Positions 56,253 through 64,000 of a DNA stretch of 64,000 nucleotides are shown here, in pieces. Location of the stretch: contig NIVC01000458.1 of NCBI GenBank assembly GCA_002269645.1, forward strand, positions 62,001 to 126,000, given 5' to 3'. The position numbers and the translations under genes are program-made. Origin of the DNA: Macrostomum lignano. Taxonomy: Eukaryota. Below the pieces are notes generated by a model, which searched no databases, had not been told where the DNA came from, and worked only from the letters and a program-made list of their open reading frames with translations. Within the stretch, counting starts at the first letter, position 1; every line of letters starts with the position of its first letter.

Positions 56253-59200
56253 CAATCAAGGCCGCAGGCTGCAGCAGCGGACGAGATCCGCCTGTGGAGA
56301 CAGAACCCAACGAAGGAGACGCAGTCGTCGATGCCGATAGTCGAAGCTTATCAAGCAGTTCGACAGCTCCGGCTGCTACGGCAGATCGTCTAGACCGAAT
56401 TAAACTGGCCAGCGCGGCGAGAAACTCTGGCTTGGCAGCAGCAGCAGCAGCAGAGGCGGCATCGGACAAGGCAGCTAGAAAAGCCAGACCGACCTCCTGA
56501 ATCTCTTCGGCACTGATGCCTCCGTCCGGATCGGATAGCCCGCCACCCGACAGCCGCCTGCCGCAGGCGTCGTACTCGTCGGCATCATTGGCCAGCCGGA
56601 TCGCTGCGGCGGCCAATTCGACAATTCCACCATTGACGAGGGCAACGCGCCAACGGTCGGCCAGAGCGACCAGGTTGCGGCAGAGGCCCAGGCTGGCCTT
56701 CAATAGCGGACGGCCGCACGGCAAGCCATCAGCAGGCGTTGCTGATTTTACTGGACGACTCAACAGGCAAAGCAGCGCGTTTGAGCCGTCGCAGTTGAAG
56801 AATTCCTCGGCCGCTTGGTCCGCCTTTAAAGCGATTTTGGAACATTGTGAGAGGATAATAAAGATGATGATGAAATGGCATTCCAAACTGAGGACTGGGA
56901 TCAATAACACAGACAGGATTTTTAAGATTTATAAATATGGAATCACGATTTGAGGATCAGAGAGATAAGGGATCACAATTTGAGGATCTGAGATATAGGA
57001 TCACAATTTGAGGATCAGAGAGATAAGGGATCACGATTTGAGGATCAGAGATCAGCCATATGGGATCACAATTTAAGGATCAGAGATATGGAATCACAAT
57101 TTGAGGATCAGAGATCAGCCATATGGGATCACAATTTAAGGATCAGAGATATGGAATCACAATTTGAGGATCAAATATCAGATAGGATACAGTTAGCGGG
57201 TTAGAGCAGCCACACAACCAACCAGCGGGTGGTCCCTAGTCACGTGACGCAGAGCGCAAACTAGCGGCTCGGCGAATTCCTCGCGAACGCCTGGCCGAAT
57301 GGACAGCAGCGCCACAGTCAGGGCGGCTGATCCTCCAGCTTGAACAACGGCCCGCTTGCAGGGCCGGCTGCCGCAGGTGAGGTTGCACAGCAGGCCGGCT
57401 GCGCAGGTGGCCGTGTCAGCGTCTGGCGAGGTTAGCAGCCCAGTAAGACGGACGAGCAGATCGATGATGAGGCCTGCGAGTAGGGAGGGGAGGAGGAGGT
57501 GCCGAGTAAAGAGCGGCGTTCAGCAGAGGGCCGACAATGGATATAACAATTTTAATAATGCTAATGTCAATGCTAACATTAACAATGTTGTTAATATCTA
57601 ACACGTACTCTCACACACGCTCACACAGGGTGTACAGCGGGTTTTTACTGACTTTCTAATCATCAGGCATGTACACTCTGTGCCTTGGGCGCTGGCCCTC
57701 ACGGGTTGTGAATAGCACAACATATCGGCTGGCACACAGCAGGCACCATGGAAACCTTACTAACAGAAATCCTCTTACCAGACGCCAGCGAGCCTTCAAA
57801 GCAGCAGCAGTTGCTGAGATTGCGCAGCGGCCACAGGCAGCTGAGCAGTAGGCGAGGCGACGCGCCTGGCAACACAGCCTGGCCGGCCAGAGCTTCGAAA
57901 CAGCCGGCGCGAATCACGGCCGACTTGCCGTTGGGCTCGACAGTCAGGGAGCGAAGCAGGCGAGCCGCGGCAACCAGCAGGTTCTCGTCGGCGGGTGTTG
58001 GCGAAGATTGGTGACGACGGCGCAACAGGCCGGCAAGGCGGCTTTGAACGTCCAGCTCCAGCAGGCGGCGCTTGGTTGTCGAATCACCTGCGGTACGAAA
58101 CCAGTAATTTGCATGCTATAGAGACCTGTAGTTTAATGGCGCGGATTCAGTGGCACGGAGGTAGCGGAGAGGCAGATTTCGGACAGTGAAGAGGCAAATT
58201 TCGGACAATTAAGAGGCAGATTTCGGACAATTAAGAGGCAGATTCGGACAGTGGAGAGGCAGATTTGGACAGTGGAGAGGCAGATTCGGACACAGGAGAG
58301 GCAAATTCGGGCAGTTAAGAGGAAGATTCGGACATTTAAGAGGAAGATTCGGACAGTTAAGAGGCAGATTCGGACATTTAAGAGGAAGATTCGGACAGTG
58401 AATAGGCAGATTCGGACAGTGGAGAGGCAGATTCGGACACAAGAGAGGGAGACTCCGCCCAGCTGCTCACCGAATGCCAGCAGCTGCAGGCAGTCAGCAG
58501 CGGATGCCAGCAGTCGGACATCGGCAAGGCCCAGCAAGCCGGCCAGCAGCGGCAGGCCGGGCCTGGCGGATCGGCGCGCCTCCGGCACGCTGGCCAGCAG
58601 CCGGCGAAGGCAGGTGAGCGAGTGACTCAGCGACTGCGGATCCGTGATGGCGGAGAGAAGCAGGGCTGGCGCAGACCTGCAAGAGTGGGTTTCAGTCAGT
58701 CAGGTGTGTTTTACAGAAGGATTGGCTGCTTTGGGGCCGTGGGCACAGGCCCACGCTCACACAGGGTGTACAGCGGCCCCAACTTTCTTATCGTCTGTGC
58801 CTTGGGGTGTTGGTGGGTTCATTGGTGTGAATGGCCCCGAATGAATGTGGAATCAAACCCTCAATTGTTGTGGCGCGAGGATCAGCCTTAAGTACTTTAC
58901 CTGCCACACACTCTGCCGCACCGCCAGATGGCCAAGCAGCCCCGCTCCGACTGGCTAATATGGCACAGTGCCGTCGCCGACAGACGCTTCGCCTCCTCGC
59001 CGCTGCTACTGCTGTCATCGTAGCGACAGTCCAGACGGGCCAGCAGAGCAGCCAGGAGATCCGGCTGGTCAATGAATGCCAGCCTACAGGCCTGCTTGCG
59101 GCTCAGCAGAGCGGCCAGCGCGGCGGCACCGTGAGCGGCGGTTGTCGACTCTGCCTCAGACTGAGACGGGTCGCCAACAAGCAACGCGGCCAGGTGGCTA

Positions 59201-59385
59201 GCGGCGTCGGCAGCGGCATCAGCGTCGATCTGATAATCAATCAGCAGCTCGACGGCGACTGCCAGGGCAGCCGACGGCGCCGACAGGCGGTTAACGCAGC
59301 TAGCGGTGGTTGTGGCATCGGCGGAGGCGACGTCTGGAAAGAAGGCCTGTTGGAGTCGAGCTGCCCGGCTGCCGCAGGCTGGCAT
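56250..59385 (-). CDS. Divergent beta-catenin/armadillo paralog; exons 59385-58901, 58676-58471, 58087-57779, 57473-57223, 56823-~56250 (3' end unresolved)
   Basis: Colinear with beta-catenin: RAARLQQAFFPD, LSAPSAALAVAVELLIDYQIDAD, AADCLQLLAFG, CLWPLRNLS, TCAAGLLCNLTC, AEPLVCALRHVT, LLKASLGLCRNL and EEIQEV. The four introns have consistent phases (2,1,1,0). Confidence 0.88.
56940..57185. repeat. Degenerate ~30-bp minisatellite in beta-catenin-like intron 4
   Basis: GATCACAATTTGAGGATCAGAGAT units. Confidence 0.85.
58175..58445. repeat. 21-bp minisatellite in beta-catenin-like intron 2
   Basis: GAGGCAGATTCGGACAGTGGA units. Confidence 0.9.
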
Positions 59386-59454
59386 GCTGGCTGGCTGCAG
59401 ATTGGGGTGCGGGTCGAGGAATTTTGGAAACAATCTGCTTTTAGTGATTTGACA

Positions 59455-60405
59455 GAGCCCCTGAATCCTTCCCTGAGCCCCTGAATCCTTCCCTGAGCCC
59501 CTGAATCCTTCCCTGAGCCCCTGAATCCTTCACTGAGCCCCTGAATCCTTCCCTGAGCCCCTGAATCCTTCCCTGAGCCCCTGAATCCTTCCCTGAGCCC
59601 CTGAATCCTTCCCTGAGCCCCTGAATCCTTCCCTGAGTACCTGAATCCTTCCCTGAGCCCCTGAATCCTTCCCTGAGCCCCTGAATCCTTCCCTGAGCCC
59701 CTGAATCCTTCCCTGAGCCCCTGAATCCTTCCCTGAGTACCTGAATCCTTCCCTGAGCCCCTGAATCCTTCCCTGAGCCCCTGGATCCTTCCCTGAGCCC
59801 CTGGATCCTTCCCTGAGCCCCTGGATCCTTCCCTGAGCCCCTGAATCCTTCACTGAGCCCCTGAATCCTTCCCTGAGCCCCTGAATCCTTCCCTGAGCCC
59901 CTGAATCCTTCACTGAGCCCCTGAATCCTTCACTGAGCCCCTGAATCCTTCCCTGAGCCCCTGAATCCTTCACTGAGCCCCTGAATCCTTCACTGAGCCC
60001 CTGAATCCTTCCCTGAGCCCCTGAATCCTTCCCTGAGCCCCTGAATCCTTCCCTGAGCCCCTGAATCCTTCCCTGAGCCCCTTAATCCTTCCCTGAGCCC
60101 CTGAATCCTTCCCTGAGCCCCTGAATCCTTCCCTGAGCCCCTGAATCCTTCCCTGAGCCCCTGGATCCTTTCCTGAGCCCCTGGATCCTTCACTGAGCCC
60201 CTGAATCCTTCACTGAGTCCCTGAATCCTTCCCTGAGTCCCTGAATCCTTATCTGAGTCCTTGAATCTTTGACTGAGTACCCGTATATTTTACTGAGTAC
60301 CTGAATCTTTCACTGAGTCCTTGAATCTTTCACTGAGTATCTGAATCTTTCACTGAGTACCTTACTTTTTCACTGAGTTCTTGAATATTTTTACGAGTCA
60401 CTGAA
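59455..60405. repeat. 20-bp minisatellite CCCTGAATCCTTCCCTGAGC, decaying toward the right
   Basis: Directly visible; lies just upstream of the first coding beta-catenin-like exon. Confidence 0.97.
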
Positions 60406-60727
60406 TCAGCCCAAATCTCCGCTCGAAATCAAAGCTATTAAGACTATATTTAACTATTAATTTAGTTTAGGATATAGCAGGAGTTAACAAAAATTATTCA
60501 TAAACACAGAAACTTCGATAAAAAAGGAAGCATGCATATGGACTCGTGTAGAGTCTGATGTAATTGTATCATAAACTTCATTAAAATAAGCACTAACAAC
60601 TTTGACAGATATCAATATCGTATTTACACAAAGAAATGCACATTGAATGTACTAGGCACATACAAATACTGTTGTAATGAGATTCTTCGAGATTTACGAC
60701 AAGAAAACAGAACGGTCAATTATAAGG

Positions 60728-63493
60728 TCACGTGACACTGTTGAACCCGAGAAAATCGGCATTCGCAGTCCAATTAGCGTAGGCAGTTCCATACAGCACC
60801 GGATCGGCTTTGAATGCCATCCAAACACGCCGCGGCGACTCCAGCCCGACGCTGCCCAGATAACGGCCAATTTCGGACAGACAGTCGGCCGCTAACGCTG
60901 TCCGATCTCGGCCAGGGCCAGCGGCAACCGATTTGAGGCTTGGCTGTCCAATTTTAACTGCGCCTCGGCCAGTAAGATTGGCAACCATGCAGTTCATGGC
61001 AAAGTGCTCGCAGTCCCCAATAGAATCTATGTAGTCCAGCAGTTCCGTGGGCAGGGTGTCGTGAAACAGGGCTCCGTACTGTTTGTGATAGAATGCGGCA
61101 CCCGCTAGAAGAGGGGACACGGACGGCTGCTGGCCTCCGGAGCTGCTGTCGGCTCCCAGTCCGACCAGTCTGTCCGGATTCTCCAGCCACACGTGGTAGG
61201 CAAGTAGTACCTCGCCTGCGGCAGGGAGTTTTTGTTTCCAATAATAATTAATTTAAATAAATTTATACACGCTTAGATAATAGTCCTGGATATACTCGGA
61301 AGAGTTTGAACAGTCTCAGAACATAGTCTAGGAAATACTACAGAAAATTATCAGACAAGCTCGGACACATTCAGACATATTCGGACAGACTCGGAATGTT
61401 CGGACAGGCTCGGACATATTTGGACAGGTTCCGAAAACGCTCAGAAATATTCATACATATTCGGACACACTCCGAAAAGGCCCAGAAACACTCGGTCAAG
61501 CTCGGACACATTCGGACAAGGTCGGACGTACGAAGATAAGCCGAGATATTCGTACAAACTACTCGGACATACTCCGAAAAGGCCCAGAAACACTCGGCCA
61601 AGCTCGGACACATTCGGACATGCCCAGACAAGCTGAGATACTCTTAAAAAACTACTCGGACATACTCAGAAAAAAACGTAAAGATAATCAGACAAGCTTG
61701 GACACATTCGGACAAGGTCGGACATACCCAGAAAAGCTCAGAAATACTCGGATATACTCGGACATAAGAAAAATCTTACTAGGCACCAGTACGTCAACAT
61801 CATCGTCTAGCAGAGACAACACCGCGTCAGTTTCAATTTGATCGTACGGAAAAAATCGATTAGTAAGCCGATCGTCTCCTGTTTGGACAATCTCCAAGCC
61901 GACGCCTGGAGGCATCGCGGGCCAATGGCCGCCCAGCAGAGGCGGCGGCGCTTCAGTCAGGCCGTTCCACACTATCAGAATCTTGCGCAGATGAGGCGGC
62001 CGCGGCGAAGCTGAGCCAGTCGCACCGCTAGTTACTAGGCTAGCCAGAGTGCGAATCAGTTTGGAGAAACTGCCACCTCTGGTGAGCACAACGGCTGTGT
62101 AGCCTTGATTAGAGTTCAATGGAGCCGTGTGAAACAGAGGCGGAGACGGCGAGACGGGCAGGCCGGCAACAGACTGGGGACCGTTGGACTCCTGGGGTTG
62201 GCGGAGAACTCAGCTCAGTCAGTTTTGTGTGTATTCAGCTGAGTCAGCTGCGTGAACTGAGAACACAGCTAGATGGAGTGACATCACGCGGCAAGCCGAG
62301 TGACAGATTCGATAAACTGAGAACACGTATAGATGGAGTGACACCAAGCGGTAAGCCGAGTGACAGATTCGATCAACTGAGAACACGTATAGATGGAGTG
62401 ACACCAAGCGGTAAGCCGAGTGACAGATTCGATCAACTGAGAACACAGGGAGATAGAGTGACACCAAGCGGTAAGCCGAGTGACAGATTCAATCAACTGA
62501 GAACACGGATAGATGGAGTGACACTAAGCGGTAAGCCGAGTGACAGATTCGATCAACTGAGAACACGGATAGATGGAGTGACACCAAGCGGTAAGCCGAG
62601 TGACAGATTCGATAAACTGAGAACACGTATAGATGGAGTGACACCAAGCGGTAAGCCGAGTGACAGATCCAATCAACTGAGAACACGGATAGATGGAGTG
62701 ACACCAAGCGGTAAGCCGAGTGACAGATTCAATCAACTGAGAACACGGATAGATGGAGTGACACCAAGCGGTAAGCCGAGTGACAGATCCAATCAACTGA
62801 GAACACGGATAGATGGAGTGACACCAAGCGGTAAGCCGAGTGACAGATTCAATCAACTGAAAACACGGATAGATGGAGTGACACCAAGCGGTAAGCCGAG
62901 TGACAGATTCGATCAACTGAGTCGCTCACCTGCATAGACGGAGCCATATAAGGGAAAACTCGATCATTAAGAATCTGCAGCACGGCCAGAGCCACAGCAG
63001 CGGGGCTGGCAAAGTATCGCTTATAAATAACGCGCATCTGATAGCGCATAAAAGCCACGTATTGGCGAGAAAATTTTGTCAACATTCGAAACAAGCTGCC
63101 AACGTCAGCTTCCCGATTTAATCGAATACTAAATCGATTCCATTCAATTAGCTCGTGAAATGGAAACACATTAGTGTTGGTGAGAATCACCGGGATGCAC
63201 TGACGGCTGACAGCGTCTAGGAGGGCAGCGGAGCCGGTTAACTGGGTGTAGAACACTAGGCAGAAGGTGGCCTTGGACAGCACATCTGGATAGGCGTATC
63301 TAGTACCGTTTCTAGCGCAGCGAGACTCCTCAGTTGCGGCCGAGGCCGACGGGCAGAAGTTCAATTGTAGGAAGCGTCTGTCGCCGAGGCTTCGGCGGAG
63401 TCGCTTCACCGGTTCGGGTGCGCTGGGTGGAGCGGATGCCAGCAACACGGGGCGCTCGGTTGAGTCAAGAGAGTCGTCGCTAAACGACTCCGT
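60728..63493 (-). CDS. EXT2: Exostosin-2-like glycosyltransferase, 3' exons 63493-62930, 62191-61780, 61215-60728; 5' exons lie beyond the window
   Basis: GT47 part: YPDVLSKATFCLV, CIPVI..FPFHELIEW, LQILNDRVFPY. GT64 part: QGYTAVVLT, LIVWN, NRFFPYDQIETDAVLSLLDDD, VWLENPDRLVG, GAAFYH, ADPVLY. These follow EXT2; phases 0/1 are consistent. Confidence 0.88.
61330..61770. repeat. Degenerate CTCGGACA-rich tandem repeat in the last EXT2 intron
   Basis: Directly visible, low periodicity. Confidence 0.8.
62250..62920. repeat. 60-bp minisatellite (~11 units) filling an EXT2 intron
   Basis: ACACCAAGCGGTAAGCCGAGTGACAGATTCGATCAACTGAGAACACGGATAGATGGAGTG units. Confidence 0.97.
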
Positions 63494-63639
63494 CTTGAGT
63501 TGGTTGGGAAAGTTGATTCAGAAGAATCTATTACTGCATAAGAATTTCCAAGCAAATTTTAAATGTGATGTAGAGGGCAATTCTATGGACAAGCGTCAGA
63601 GAGAGTCTATGGCCAATATAGGTACGACTGTCCGGGAGA

Positions 63640-64000
63640 ATTCATAAGAATCTAGATGGGCGATTGGCAGGGAGAATTTAGAAGAGTCTAGGGGATTGCC
63701 AGGGATAATTCAGAAGAGTCTAGGGGCGATTGTCAGAGAGGATTCAGAAGAGTCTAGGGGCGATTGTCAGAGAGGATTCAGAAGAGTCTAGGGGATTGGC
63801 AAGGAGAATTCAGAAGAGTCTAGGGGATTGTCAGGGAGAATTCAGAAGAGTCTATGAGCGATTGCCAGGGAGAATTCAGAAGAGTCTACGAGCGATTGCC
63901 AGGGAGAATTAAGAAGAGTCTATGAGCGATTGTCAGGGAGAATTCAGAAGAGTCTAGGGGTGATTGTCAGAGAGGATTCAGAAGAGTCTAGGGGTGATTG
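63640..64000. repeat. ~32-34-bp minisatellite in an EXT2 intron, continuing off the window
   Basis: GATTCAGAAGAGTCTAGGGGCGATTGTCAGAGAG units. Confidence 0.92.

Noticed and set aside
34120-63000. Consistent strand bias of intronic arrays (G-rich template strand)
   Set aside because: Holds for several arrays but is reversed at 54.9, 55.5 and 59.5 kb.

Overview
Eukaryotic (animal) genomic DNA with GT-AG introns. GC-rich exons sit in AT-rich spacers, and many introns are largely filled by intron-specific minisatellites; this style suggests a Macrostomum-like flatworm (inference only). Left part (1-17 kb): decayed Ty3/Gypsy RT, a Merlin element with ~215-bp TIRs and an 8-bp TSD, a mariner element with TA TSDs, a 3.5-kb 30-bp satellite, a Harbinger/PIF transposase pseudogene, and two tandem Fic-domain (AMPylase-type) genes that lack the TM/TPR parts of canonical FICD. 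Middle: a 5-exon COMMD5 gene (absent as a unit from the ORF track) head-to-head with a 6-exon MYRF-like gene. Right part, all minus strand: two SLC22-like MFS transporter paralogs, an amidase-signature enzyme with a putative mitochondrial presequence, a FUN14/FUNDC exon, a divergent beta-catenin/armadillo paralog apparently lacking the N-terminal degron and normal C-terminus, and the 3' half of an EXT2-like exostosin. Gene models were spliced by hand and checked for splice phase; protein identities come from recalled motifs, not database searches. No CRISPR, rRNA or convincing tRNA genes.
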